Shown in pieces: positions 34,403-48,239 of a DNA stretch of 64,000 bases. Every line of letters starts with the position of its first letter. Position 1 is the stretch's first letter. Location of the stretch: NCBI RefSeq assembly GCF_006345805.1, contig NC_043000.1:75764001-75828000 (forward strand). The letters are read 5' to 3'. The notes under the pieces were generated by a model. That model had not been told where the DNA came from. It worked only from the letters and a program-made list of their open reading frames with translations, and did no database searches. The DNA is from Octopus sinensis. Taxonomy: Eukaryota. Both the position numbers and the translations under genes were made by a program.

Positions 34403-35559
34403 CTATATATATATATATATATATAGCTCAAATTTACAGAAAATGAAAGATGAACAACAAGCAAGTGTATTAGTTTAACGCTCAGGAAGAATGGAAAAGT
34501 CTTTGATGTTTGAAGCCTACACTCTTTGACAGAAAGGATTAAGAGGAAAAAAAAATGGAAAGAGAAAAAAACTTTGTTGGGATTGACGGTTCAATATGAT
34601 GAAATGGCTGGAAGAAATATGTGTGTGTATATATATATATATGTGTATATATATATATATATATACATACACATAAATCTCTTATTTCTAGCAATGTAGG
34701 TGCTACCCTAACCCTCACAACTAGTGACAATTGAATTTTTCCTTATGGTTTTATATTGCCGCCTTCATTATTTTATACATATATACACACACACAAACAT
34801 ATATAGGCAACTTGTGAGTGAAACTGGTAAAACACAAACTGTGTGGAAGCCAATCAGATAATGTATGAATGTGTGCTTGATTTTGTTTATTCCCACCATC
34901 ACCACTTGAGGGCCAACAGAATAAGCACCACACTTAAAATAAGTACTGGTGTTGATTTGCTTAACTAAACCCTTCAAAGTAGTACCCCAGCAGGCCACAG
35001 ACCAATGACTGACACATGCAAAAGATAAAAGGTAGGAATACTTTTTAAAGCAAAAAAATCAAGGAAGGAATAAATATGAGATTACAGAAGTCATGCCTAC
35101 AATAGCAAGGGAGTCTGTGAAGAGATAAGAATTCAGAAAATAGCACAGGATGGACTCTCAATGACTGATAAAATGTTACTATGAAGCAAGTTCAAACCCT
35201 GGTGTTAGCAATTTATCTCTATCCTAAGGTTGAAGTAGCCACTGAAGTATGAAGTTGCATTCACACAGGTTACAATAATTGAACTAAAATGTAACCTCTA
35301 TGTCCGCAAGTAGCAATGATTGCCAGACCATTGCATGTGCAGCTTTGTACAGGAGAGAAAGTCCATCAGAAATACCAATCCCATCAATAGTAGAGTCATG
35401 GAAAAGTGTGGAGGGTTATTGATGCTACAGCAGTCAATTGATTATGTCATCTGTTCCTGTGTTCCAGGAATAAGGACTGGAAGAGTGGTTAGTCTATGAG
35501 GCAATGGAGAAGTTTGTAGCATCCCAAGAATATGAGGATGTAGTGGCCCACACACAGAT

Positions 35560-38350
35560 CAACAGGGAAAGAGTTGGAGGCAATGAGTTTAAACCATACC
35601 ATGCAATGAACAAGAAGAAGAAAAAGGACTGCAGTAGTCAACCAGATAAAAAAAGAAGAGGCAAAAAGCTAGGAAATGGAGTCGGTGCAATGTAGCTCAC
35701 AAGGACAGTGTATCTTGCTGATTGGATGAGGAGAAAGATAGGATGGGATAGGTTAGTGGTCAGCAACTTCAGACGTAGGGCTAGAAGGATCCAGAGATAC
35801 AAACCGACATTGAGAAAAAGGTTGTGGAAACTCAAGGATCCTTCAAACAGGAAGAGATTTAGAGATGTCCTTAATGAAGCCTCTGATGAAGAGACAGAGA
35901 CATATAACATAGAGATTAACTGGAAGTTCTTATAGGACAATCTATTGAGGGCAATAGACCAAATTTGTGGTTGGAGCAAACGTTCTGAAAGATTAAGGGT
36001 GACATGGTGGTGGAATAATAAGGTCGACAGGGCCATAAAAGAGAAGAGACAGGTCTGGAAAGAGTAGAAAAGTGGAGGTAGTAAAGAACCCTATCAGATA
36101 GCTAAAAGGGAAGCTAGGTATCAGGTTTATCTAGCTAGAGTAAAGGCAAAAAGGAAGGGGTTTGCCAATGTCTTACACTGTGAAGATCAGAGACTTGAGG
36201 TGTTCTTGATTGCTAAAGAGAGGTTGCTGAGAGAATGAAGATGCTGTGGGATGGATAATGATATGCTTGCACTTAATGACTCTGAAAAGAAGCATGTAAG
36301 AACTATTATCAAAGGTTATTAAATGTGGAAAATGATTGGAAAAAAAGGAGTCTCCTCCATGTGAACCAAACAGAGGGCCAACTATCCTAGTTGGTAGTAA
36401 TGTGATAGATAAGGCAATTAAAGATATGAAGACAGGTAAAGCTCCTGGTCCATCAGAATTCACTGCTGTGATGCTTAAAATATCTAGTAGAGTAGGATAT
36501 TGTCTAGTCACCTGTATAGTTAATCAGGTTATTCAAGAAGGCATAATCTCCAATGACTGGTATAACAGCATTATAGTCAGCTGCTACCAGAGTAAGGGAG
36601 ATACCTTAGATAGAATTATAGAGGCATCAAATTGCTGGACCAGGTCATGAAAGTTACAGAGAGAGTTATAGCCTAATTAATTAGAAACTAAATTAGACTA
36701 GATGAAATACAGTTTGGCTTTGTGCCAAGGTGAAGCACTACTGATGCTATTTTTATACTGCAATGTTATTATCAGTCCGAATATGCTTGATGCACATTCA
36801 AACTGGAGAACAAGCTACTCACTACGTTTTGTCACGGAAAATATACCTTGCTTGCTGACAAATAGTGTGTATGCACCTAGATCAGCTCTCAGCACCATCT
36901 ATTTAGACTGTAAGATACTAGCATTTCGGAGTAATTATTTCTTCACCGATGAGGAGATAACTACTCCAAAATGCTAGTATCTCAGAGTCTAGGTAGATGG
37001 TGCTGTGAGCTGATCTAGGTGTATAAACACCATTTGTCAACAAGCGAGATATATTCTCCATGACAAAACACAGTGAGGAGCTTGATGCACGTCCGAACTG
37101 GGGAACAAGCATATTCGCACTGATAATAACATTGCAATTTCACTTCTCACTGCTTAGTGCTTCCTCTCCACTGCAAGAAGTATTTAGCTAAGAATAAGCT
37201 CTTGTACTTAACATTTATTGGTATGGAGAAAACCTTCAACAGGGTACCTCCCTCTGGGATATGGTGATCTCTGAAGAGGCAGATGAATGGCTTCTGAAAC
37301 CAGTACAGGCAATGTTCAAGGGTGCTGTTAGTAAGGTAAGAGTTAGCCATGAGTACAGTGATGAATTTAGTGTACAGATAAGTGTTCACCAAGGGTTGGT
37401 CCTCAGCTCCCTCCTTTTCATCATTGTCCTCCAGACGATAAAAGAGGAATTTAAGACTGGAAACCCATGGGAACTAGTATATACTGATGATCTTACCCTC
37501 ACAACAGAGTCTGTAAAAGAATGAAAAGAGAAATTCCAGGTGTGGAAGCAAAACCTGAAATCAAAGAGTCTTAAAGTTAACTTAGCAAAGACCAAAAGTC
37601 CTAGTAAGCAAGAAATCAGACAAGATCCCACTCCCTTCAAATAAATGGCCCTGCTTGATATATAGGAAAAATGTAGGCAGGAATTCCATTTAGTGTACCC
37701 AGTGCAAGCTATGGACAAACAAGAGGTGCAGTGGAAAAGTAGGAATGTTAACAGAGAAAGTAGTGTATGCATGTGGAAGATGTACATAAAGACTACAGAT
37801 ACATGGGTAACTTATTTCCTCAAATAACCCAGAGGCTCTCTTAGAATAATTTCTACCTAGGATGTACCAAAAGTGTAATTGCTAGAATAAGAACAGGATG
37901 GAGAAAATTCAGAAAGCTTTTACCTCTGTTGGTAACCAAAGGTCTCCCTCACTGAATGAAATGAAGATTGCATGATGCATGTGTACAAACAGCAATGCCA
38001 CGTGTTAGTGAGATGCAGGATCTGAATGCAGAGGACATGCAAAGTCTAAACAGGAAAGAAGATGGCATGCTCTGCTGGATGTGCAGTGTCATTGTACATG
38101 TGCAGCAGAGCACCAGTGTACTGAGAAAAAAATTAGGTACAAGAAGAATTAGATACAGTGTGCAAGAAAGAAGACTGCACTGGTTTGATCATATAATGTG
38201 CATAAAGAAGTGCTAATCACTCAAAGTGGATGGAACATGTGGAAGACAGAAACCCAGAAAGACATGGGATGAAGTATTGCAGGCTAATCTCAAAACACTG
38301 AGGTTTACAAAGATGACAAAGGACTGAGATATCTGGTACTTTGCTGCACT
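35560..38350 (+). mobile_element. RTE LINE, decayed EN tail + RT + C-terminus
   Basis: LVVSNF..LWKLKD, MKTGKAPGPS, GDTLDR, DEIQFGF, VHQGLVLSSLLFIIVL, ELVYTDDL, VQERRLHWFDH. Confidence 0.8.
36759..37136. mobile_element. 378-bp foldback palindrome (MITE-like) inserted in the RTE RT
   Basis: Arms pair along their whole length around a centre at ~36947; ACTGCAA occurs at both junctions. Confidence 0.8.
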
Positions 38351-38939
38351 CTAAAAGTAATGCATGTCCATGAGGGGCTCTACTCTGACAAACTTCTCCC
38401 CAACCCACATTTCATCTCCTAATACCCATCACTTCCTCTATCATCTGAGAGCAGAATCAGCACATACTACACTCAATGGTTTACTCAATTACCTTTACTC
38501 CCCACCCCAATTAGTTACCCATCTTCTCCCACCTACATCAATCACCACTTTTCTGTACCTTCTCTCCTGTTCTTGTGCTGCTCTCTATCACCTACTTACT
38601 TACCTGCTATCACCTGCAATTCCCTCACATATTTACTGCTATATTTCTCTCCATCATTTGCCCTTTCACCCGGCTTAAGCCTCTATATCACCTCACCTAT
38701 TTTCACCAGCCCAAAAACATCTCTACCATCATCTCTCTCACTATCACTCCCTTTATCTTACTTTCTAACTCATTCTTCTTTGTTTTCCAACTGGGGTATC
38801 CTTGTATCTACCCTATAGCAAGACACATATCTGTTCCCTCTGAACATTAAATCTCTTAACTGACACAAAACCACACCTCCTCAATACTACTTCTCCCCTT
38901 TTTAATTGAGGGGCTTTTATCTTGCAAGGTACTTGGAGA

Positions 38940-39200
38940 TCCTGTCAGTAATTGGTGCCATGTAAAAAGCACCAGTGATGGTGCCATATACAAAGCACCA
39001 GTGATAATGCTATGTAAAAAGAACTGGTGCTGGTGTCACATAAAAGCACCAGTACACTCAGTAAAGTGGTTAGTATTAGGAAGAGCATCCAATTGTAGAA
39101 ACCATGGCAAAACAGACAATGGAACCTGGTGCAGCTCCTGGCCTTGCCAGCTGCTATCAAACCATCCAGCATGGAAAATGGATGTTAAATGATGATAATG
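38940..39200 (+). mobile_element. Diverged RTE 3' UTR/tail
   Basis: AAAAGCACCAG repeats and the GTATTAGGAAGAGCATCC...GTTAAATGATGAT tail. Confidence 0.65.
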
Positions 39201-39669
39201 AAGACATGTATGTGTATGTATATCTGTGTGCACCTTTTGGTTTGTTTGACCACACTCTAACAATACCTGACAATTAGTGTTAGGTTGTTTACACCTCTGT
39301 AACTTGAGTCTCTTTTGCTATAACTTAGCAATTCAGCAAAAAGGACAAAAAGTACCAGATTTTGAAGATTAATACTTTTTAATACTTGTTTGACTAAACC
39401 TATTCAACATGGTGCTTGAGTATGTTTGTAGTTCAATAGTCCAATGACTAAAACAAGAGATAAAAGATATACACACATACACACACATATATAATTGAAA
39501 CAGATGTAGCTGTGTGGGTAGGAAGTTTGCTTGGCTAGAATATGTGGTCTTGGATTCAATCCCACTGTGTAGCATCTTGGGCAAGTATCTTTTACTGCAG
39601 CCCTGGACCAACCAAAGTCTTGTGAGTGGATTTGGAAGAAACTCATTGTGTATGTGTGTGTGTGAAGAT

Positions 39670-39940
39670 AAACAGTGTTGAAATCTCTGGAAATGCAAAC
39701 TTTTGAGGCACAATACATCAAACTGCTAAGAGATGTGAACTCTGGATGCACAACAGCTCTGCTGTCACCACCAGTAAAGGTCCCAATTGAGAAGGGTGTC
39801 AAGCAAGGAAATAGCATCTGTCCAAAGTTCATTACCACATGTCTAGAAATGATCATCAAGGACATCAATTAGACACATAGCCTGAACATTAATGGCAAGC
39901 AATTAACACACCACTTCACAGATGACATAGTACTCATCAG
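39670..39940 (+). mobile_element. RTE-clade RT fragment (a different family)
   Basis: YIKLL...VKVPIEKGVKQGNSICPKF...LEMII...NINGKQL..FTDDIVLI. Confidence 0.7.
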
Positions 39941-41874
39941 CCACCTCTCATCCTTAGTTCATCATACATTATATTCACCCTCTCACTATTACTCTATTCC
40001 TTACACCTTTACATTTACAACCTCTATGTATATGCACCTACTCTTCCTGTTTTCCGGTCCCCACTCATATTGACTTTCTTGTACCTTAAGAGCTCACAAG
40101 GACATCATGTCACATCCTCTTTCTCTCTTTCCAGCTTCACCTTGATTACTCCCATCTACTCTTGCATAACATATGTATGTGTACTGTGCTAAATATACAT
40201 TTTGTAAATAAACACCTTCTTGCCATTCTCTACTATTATTAATATTAATAATACTGGTTTTTAACTTCAGCACAATGACTAACTTTGAAGAGATGAGAAA
40301 ATCAATTTATACAAGCCTGGTGCACATAAATTATTTTACTGACTCTAGAAGTTGACCTGGGTCAAGTGCAAACTCAGTACCTAAAATGATATAAATAACC
40401 CTAAGCATCTTGTTTGCATCTCTATCCAGTCAATCTTTCAATAATCTTCTTCATAAGGCAAAAGACCATTTTTCTGGAGGCAACATAATAACAGACTAAT
40501 ATTACTGATTTCTTATAACTGATACAAGGGAGCACATTAGAAATCTGTGAAGATTCTAGTAATCAACAAATAATCACATTATCAATTCTGGGAAAATTAA
40601 ATAACATTATAATAACAAAACTACTAATTTCTAAGACTAGCACAAGGTAACACATATCAAGGAAATGAATACAGTTAGTTGATTAAACAGACAATAATCT
40701 GTTCTCCTAGATAAAAGGTAACTCAACTACTATTTGAACTCTGAATGCAAAAGGATGCAATTAAATGCCACATTTTATTCAGCACTCTAACAGCCACCAT
40801 TCTTATCACAATAATAATAATAATAATGTCTTAACATAAAATAATAACAATAACAATAATAATTTATAAATAACAACGAAAGCATAAATCCTTAAAGTAA
40901 TCATGAATTTCCAATAATACTATTACTATTTGTCAGATTATGAGGAACCTGAGTAAAGAACTCTAATTAGTGAAAACTTATACTTACCAAAAACCAAATT
41001 TTAACTGTTAACCTAAGTCTGAGAAATTTCTTATTAAAAATATTTCAAAAATAAGAAAATAAATATTGAATACACTACCATTTTAGCCGTCAACTAGAGC
41101 AGATTTTCCAGAGAAGTTTAACAAAAGACAAATTACATACATCCAACTTGACTAGTATAATGGCAGAGTAAATGTGCAGATCATTAAGTTAGAATTTGAC
41201 CTCACTGAAGTCCAGTGAAGATAAGCTAACTCATTATCAAGAGAAATGAAAAGACAAAATACGTTATCACAACACACCTGACCTATTTCATCTGTAATGC
41301 TAGTTAGGATACATAATATTCCTATATCTCTAAGTATAACTGTCATAGAATTTAATCATGAGACATTATACAATCTGCTCGGATGAAAACAAATATGTCT
41401 AGCGCAACAAAATATAAACCAATGTGCAAGTTCCAATATTCCAAAATGTAAATAGATTCACATATTCTATGCTAACGTAGAAGGAATTGAAGCAGACATA
41501 GCAATCTATAAAAATTAGTTTACACACGCAAAATGATTTTGTTTAGTTGGATAGGATAAAGAGTCACAAGTTCAGAAAGGGTGAGGTGACTGTTGTAATG
41601 GTAGAAGATGAAAAGAGAATAGCTTGATGATTAGTGATTGTTGAGTAATGGTTTACAAGTATGAAGATGGTCTTTTTGCTGTTGTTGAGCTTTTTGTTAG
41701 TTTTTTGGGGAAGTTGGATTAGATATGTGTGTGTGCGTACACACTCGCATGAGGTGGGAGGACAATCTAAATGCGTGAGTAGCGAAGAGTAACAGGGTAG
41801 ATGAATTCCTTATTAATCAAATCCCATATGACAAAACCTGGTTTAAATCTCAAGAGCAAAAGCAGTAAACTAAT

Positions 41875-42255
41875 AAAATATATACATAGATATACATATA
41901 TACACACATATATATGCACACACATATATACATATACACATAAATATATAAACATACGCATATGTATATACATACATATATATATGTATAGGTACATAAT
42001 GTATATATACACATACATATATATACATACGCATATGTATATACATACATATATATATATGTATAGGTACATACATGTATATATACACATACATATATAC
42101 ATACAGGCATACATATAAACACAGATATATTTATAAACACATACACATAAACACAAATAAAAACATATATATGCACATGCAAACACATACACACATACAT
42201 ATACATATATCAACATATATATACATACACACATATATATATATATACATACATT
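41875..42255. repeat. Compound (TA)/(CATA) microsatellite
   Basis: Direct reading. Confidence 0.9.
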
Positions 42256-42269
42256 TTTAAAAAATTAAT

Positions 42270-42640
42270 TAAGGGTAGAAATCAATATTTATCAATTAAA
42301 ACCAGTGGTCTAACGTATTAAAAAAATCCGAAGATTAAATATTTATATATACCAATTAAAGACTGAACATGAAAAAGTGGACAGTCAACATGCTAGATAT
42401 AGACGTCAAATCGATATAGACGAAGACTACGGGTATCCTTACGGATAATAATAGTCAAAACTGATTCAGTACATGGATGAGTATGACTTTTCGTATATTT
42501 TCACTTATTTATTGCTTGGGTTGGTGTTGAGTTTGATCTGAGAACATAATCTTTTGTGGAGAATGGCGATTTGACGTCTATATCTAGCATGTTGACTGTC
42601 CACTTTTTCGTGTTCAGTCCTTAATTGGTATATATATACA
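42270..42640. repeat. LTR-like repeat with 69-bp inverted arms (42345-42413 / 42567-42635)
   Basis: Direct reverse-complement comparison, 2 mismatches. Confidence 0.7.
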
Positions 42641-42723
42641 TACACATATATACACATACATACATATATAAATATATACATACATATATATACATATATA
42701 TAAACATACATATTATAGATGTA

Positions 42724-43730
42724 GTGTGCAAGAGAGACGCGTACTTTTCTTTCGTTGGACACAAAACTTTGGTTGCGAAGACCTGTTGAGGCAAGTGAAA
42801 TCACAATCAAAATCAAATTCGCTGACGTGGCGATTACAGCACCTCTCGACTCGCACCTGTGCCAGTGGAACATTAAAAGCATCATCTGAGCATGTTCATT
42901 GCCAGGGTTGCGATAGTATGGTCATGTGGTGCGAATGGATGAGGACAGCTGTGTGAAAAAGTGTCACACCCTAGCAGTCAAAGGAGTCTGTGGAAGAGGT
43001 GGACCCAAGAAGACCTGGGATGAGGTGGTGAAGCACAACCTTCAAACATTGGGCCTCACCAAGGAAATGACTAGTGACCAAGAATTTTGGGAATATGCTG
43101 TGCTTTAGAAGACCCGGCAAGCCAAGTGAGACCATAACCCGTGGCCTATGCCAGTGGTTTAACTAGCATACTTATGCGTACTTTTCTTTCGTTGGACACA
43201 AAACTTTGGTTGCGAAGACCTGTTGAGGCAAGTGAAATCACAATCAAAATCAAATTCGCTGACGTGGCGATTACAGCACCTCTCGACTCGCACCTGTGCC
43301 AGTGGAACATTAAAAGCATCATCTGAGCATGTTCATTGCCAGGGTTGCTGATTGGCTCCTGTGCCAGTGGCACATAAAAGGCACCATTCAAGTGTGATCA
43401 TTACCAGCGTTCCCTTACTGGCATATGAAACACAACATTCAAGCAAGGTCATTGCCAGTGCCACTGGACTGACTCCTGTGCAGGTGGCACATAAAAAACA
43501 CCATTTGATTGTGGCCGTCGCCAGTACTGCTTGGCTGGCCCTCGTGCCAGTGGCACCTAAAGGCAACCGCTACACTCTTGGCGTGGTTGGCATTAGGAAG
43601 GGTATCCAGCTATAGAAACTCTGCCAGATCAGATTGGAGCCTAGTGCAGCCATCTTGCTCGCCAGTTCTCAGTCAAACTGTTGAACCCATGCCAGCATGG
43701 AAAGCGGGCGTTAAATGATGATGATGATGA
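42724..43730 (+). mobile_element. RTE 3' end containing a 172-bp self-templated insertion
   Basis: VQER..WYGHVVRMDEDSCVKKCH...GRGGPKKTW; 42740-42911 is identical to 43177-43348. Confidence 0.85.
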
Positions 43731-43733
43731 TAA

Positions 43734-43788
<55 letters not shown>

Positions 43789-43790
<2 letters not shown>

Positions 43791-45497
43791 TAGCGGAGTT
43801 ACCCGGTGTAGCCCGTGTTACATGCAATTGAAGAATTAGACTTTTCTGTTATATTTTCTGAAATGAACTGGAATACCTATGTTTCGAATTTCATCAAAAT
43901 TGCAGATGAAGGTTATTTCCCTCTTTACACACCCTAAAAAAATTGTAATTGTGCCACATGTATCCTATACTACTGATTTTTATGTGCATATTCCAAAATT
44001 CCAGTCTTATAGGACCTGTTAAAAAGATTTTGCTCCAAAATGTGAGAGTTAAGGCCCCTGTTGGGGTGGACATCTTAATGTCAACCAGAGAAGTTGAATT
44101 TTTGAGAATCTTTTTAACTTGGGTTTTATATCTATTGTTTGAATTTCTTTGAGATAGGTAATATATATTCACTGGGTTTGTAAAAGAGAGTAAAGCTACA
44201 GGAAACCAAAAGACGAATGATCACAATAAGCAGTCAGCTACCCTACCCTAGTCGTTACCACTCCCAATGTAGGATTCCTCACCATCCAGGTGACAGGCAC
44301 AGCCATAAGATGCATTACGAATCTATAGCAATTGGAAGGGCGTGACCCAACTGAAATAAACATTAACAACTGTCTGATGTGAGGGCTAAGGAGAAATGAA
44401 AGTGTCACCTCTGGAGTTTACAAATGACCACTATACTGATACGTAACTGGACGGAATAAATTTACAATCTATAAATGTCTTTGAATAACCAACCACTCAT
44501 CTGGGAAGGCCTTGAAATCAATGTTACTATCTGGGGACTATGTGTGACCCAGTGATAATAAAAAGACTGAAAGGAGGTCTGCAATCAAATAACTTTACCC
44601 AACACTTTGCAACTGAATCAGTGGAGGCAAAGCTGCCTCTCATTTACTTGACAATTTATGCACCACATTGCAGAAATCACAATGTAAGTGTATGTGAAAG
44701 CAAACTGTTACAGGGTTGTACCATTGAATTACAAATAATGCTATCTTTTATGCTCGGGTGACCCTACAGCTTCCAAGAGTACAATTGTATTCGTCTTTGC
44801 TTAGATAAAATGACAAAATTGTGGGTGTTAAGTCCCCATGAAGGGTCTTTCTGACTTGTAAGAAGATGAAATTTTGTAAATATTACTTCATTTGTGTCTA
44901 ATATCTATGGTTAAAATTTCATCAACAGCAAAAATATGAATTGTCATGAGAGTTATGGCCCTTATGCATAGAATATAATTTCCAAATTTCGTAAAGATCT
45001 ATTCAGTACTTTTGACCTAGTTTTGGATCATAAAAGAAATTACTAAAATTTGGGAGTTAAGGGCCCCCATTAGGGTGTCTTAGAATCTTCATGTGAAGTG
45101 GAAACTTTGAGAATACTTCTTGATGTGTGTCAATTACTCATGGTTGAAATTTCATCAACATCGAAAATTTATGAATTTTCATGGGGGTTCTGCCTGCTTC
45201 AAGCCAGCTGAAATTCAAACCAAACATATTGCATTAAACCCGCCCTTATGCATTGAATGTAAGTTTCAAATATAAGGATCCTTTTATTAATTTTGGTCCA
45301 AGAAATTGTATGAAACACACAGCATTACCCTTCTCCCTAGGCTTGGATTTCGTGTTCCAAGTTTCACTATGATCAGTGCAGCAGTTTTCGAATGTATAAG
45401 TAACACACAAACACACATAAAGACATTGACTTTGATATAATAGATATGAATGTGCACATATACATACATGTATATATATGTGTGTGTATGTGTGTAT

Positions 45498-45529
<32 letters not shown>

Positions 45530-45546
45530 AAGATAAATTGATAGAT
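43789..45546 (+). mobile_element. Helitron-like element with degenerate internal repeats and a possible helicase C-terminal relic
   Basis: ACTAGCGGAGTTACCCGG start, ...ACACAC..GATAGAT end, ~230-bp degenerate repeats; TTLQKSQ (cf. TI.KSQG) near 44660. Confidence 0.5.
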
Positions 45547-45734
45547 ACAACTGAGTGGGCAAACAAAAATATGAGACAGCCTAGTGCTTTTTATGTTGAT
45601 AAGCCTGGTACTTATTCTATTAGTTTCTTCTTGTGAAACCAGTAAGTTATGGGGATGTAAATAAACGAACAGCAGTTATGAAGCAGTGATGAGAGCAAAA
45701 CACAGAAGCAAAGTCACACACATACACTTACATA

Positions 45735-48170
45735 TCATCATCATATCATTGTTTAACGTCCGCTTTCCGTGCTAGCACGGGTTTGATGGTTCGACTGGGG
45801 TCTGGGAAGCCGGGAGGCTGCACCAAGCTCCAGTCTGATATGGCAGTGTTTCTACAGCTGGATGCCCTTCCTAATGCCAACCACTCTGTGAGTGTAGTGG
45901 GTGCTTTTTACGTGCCACCAGCACAGGTGCCAGGGTAGGCTGGCAGCGGCCCCGATCAGTTGCTGCTTTTTACATGCCACTGGCACATAAGCCAATCAAG
46001 GTGGCGCTGGAATCGGCCACATTCGGATGGTGCTTTTTACGTGCAACCGGCACGTATCAAAACTACTATTTCCAAGGTAAGCACAGCAGGTCGTTCTGCA
46101 ATCCAAGGTACTTTGAATGGGCTGGGGCTATGCGAAACTGGTGCAGGAAGCAGCCCGGGTCTTTGCAGTCACAGCATATCTTCTGAGATCTCGGTCCTTT
46201 GTCATTGCCTCTGTGAGGCCCAACGCTCAGAGGTCATGCTTGACTACCTCATCCCATGTCTTCCTGGGTCTACCTCTTCCCCTGATACCTTCAACTGTTT
46301 GGGAGTGGCACTTCTTCACACATCTCTCCTCATCCATCCACAGTACATGACCATACTATCGCAAGCATCTCTCTTGCACACTACATCTGATGCTTCTTAT
46401 GTCCAGCATTTCTCTCAGGGCGCTTACACTCTGTCGTGTGTGCACACTGACATTACACATCCAGCGGATCATGTTAGCTTCATTTCTTTAAAGTCTACAT
46501 ATGTCCTCTGCAATCACAGCCCATGTTCCACTACCGTGAAGCATGGCGGTTCGCACACATGCATCATACAATCTACCTTTCGCTCTGAGCGAGAGACCCT
46601 TTGTCACCAGTAGGGGTAGGAGCTTTCTAAACTTTTCCCAGGCTATTCATACTCTAGTGGTGACACTCTCTGAGCATCCACCTCCACTACTAACTTGGTC
46701 ACCTAGGTAGTGGAAACTATCAACTACTTCTAGTTTCTCCCACTGGAGTGTGATGGAATCTGTTTTCTGAATATCTGTGGTGTCTATTGCCCCTGTGCAT
46801 CTGCCGCACATGAAAGCTATCTTACCAGTTAATTTTCCTTTGATGTTGCTGCACTTCTTATGCGTCCATAGCTTACACTGGGTACATCTTATGGAGTTTC
46901 TACCTACACCATTCCTACAGATCGAGCAGGGCCACCTGCCCGAGGGTGTGTGTGTGATGAGTTTGCCTTTCTGCTTACTATAACTTTGGTCTTTGCTACA
47001 TTGACTCTTAGGCCCTTTGATTCTAAACCTAGCTTCCACACGTGAAATTTCTTTTCTAGTTCCGGTAGTGATTCTGCTATGAGGGCCAGGTCATCAGCAT
47101 AGAGGAGCTCCCAGGAGCAACCTGTTTTGAATTCCTCTGTTATTGCCTGGAGGACTATGATGAATAAAAGGGGACTGAGGGCTGAGCCTTGGTGGACACC
47201 TATTTCTACCCGGAATTCTTCACTATACTCATTGCCAATCCTAACTTTGCTGACAGCCTCTCTGTATAGGGTCTGTACAGCTCTTATTAACCATTCATCA
47301 ATCTCCAGTTTCCACATGGACCACCAGATAAGGGATCGGGGGACCCTGTCAAAGGCTTTCTCCAAGTCCACAAAAGCTATGTAGAGGGGTTTATCTTTAG
47401 CTAGGTATTTCTCCTGCAGTTGTTGTACCAGGAATATGGCATCAGTGGTACTTCTACCCGGCACAAAACCGAACTGCATCTCATCTAAGCAAATTCTCTC
47501 CCTAATGATATGGGCTATGACCCTCTCTGTGACCTTCATCACCTGATCCAACAGTTTAATACCCCTATAGTTATTTCTATCTAGAGCATCACCTTTGCCC
47601 CTGTAGCAGTTGACTATGGTGCTGCTACACCAGTCATTGGGTATGACTCCAATATGAACTACCTGGTTTACAATGTGGGTGACTAGGCCATAGCCCACAC
47701 AGCCAGATGTTTTAAGCATCTCAGCAGTGATTCCATATGGGCCGAGGGTTTTCCTGGTTTCATACCTCTAATTGCCTTAACTACTAGGGAGCTGTCTATT
47801 CGGATAGCTGGTCCCTCTACTGGGTCAACATTTGGCAGGCTCTCCTTCTCCCATTCATTCTCCACATTCAGCAGTCTCTCATAGTGGCTTCTCCAAGCCT
47901 TTTTCTTTTCAGAAACATTGAAAGCAAGTGCACCATCATCCATGTGGACGCATTTCTCTCCTGTGACATCACTATTTTCTCTCACACACTGTCTTGCAAT
48001 CCAAAATACCTCAGTTCTTTGGTCCTCACGCTGCTGGACATTGGAAAACTTCTTTTCTGCTCCATCCTTGGCTATGTATACCTGCTGCCCAGCCTCCCTT
48101 TTGGCTACCTGGTACAGTTCCCTGCTGCCCCCATCCCTCCAGGCTTTCCAGGCCTGCTTCTTTGCTCTAA
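45735..48170 (-). mobile_element. RTE LINE: spacer + RT + C-terminus + 3' UTR/tail, moderately intact
   Basis: ORFs 47683-48222, 46904-47719 and 46647-47039, and the tail at 45735-46060. Confidence 0.9.
46904..47719 (-). pseudogene. RTE reverse transcriptase ORF remnant, 271 aa
   Basis: NNYRGIKLL, EMQFGFVPGRSTTDAIF, FVDLEKAFDRVPR, GVHQGSALSPLLF, LLYADDLALI. Confidence 0.9.
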
Positions 48171-48239
48171 ATACATACATATATATGATTGATTTCTTTA
48201 AGTTTCTGTCAATGAAATCCATATATATATATATATATA

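Noticed and set aside
45960-46613. 217-aa plus-strand ORF
   Set aside because: Antisense of the RTE C-terminus and 3' UTR.
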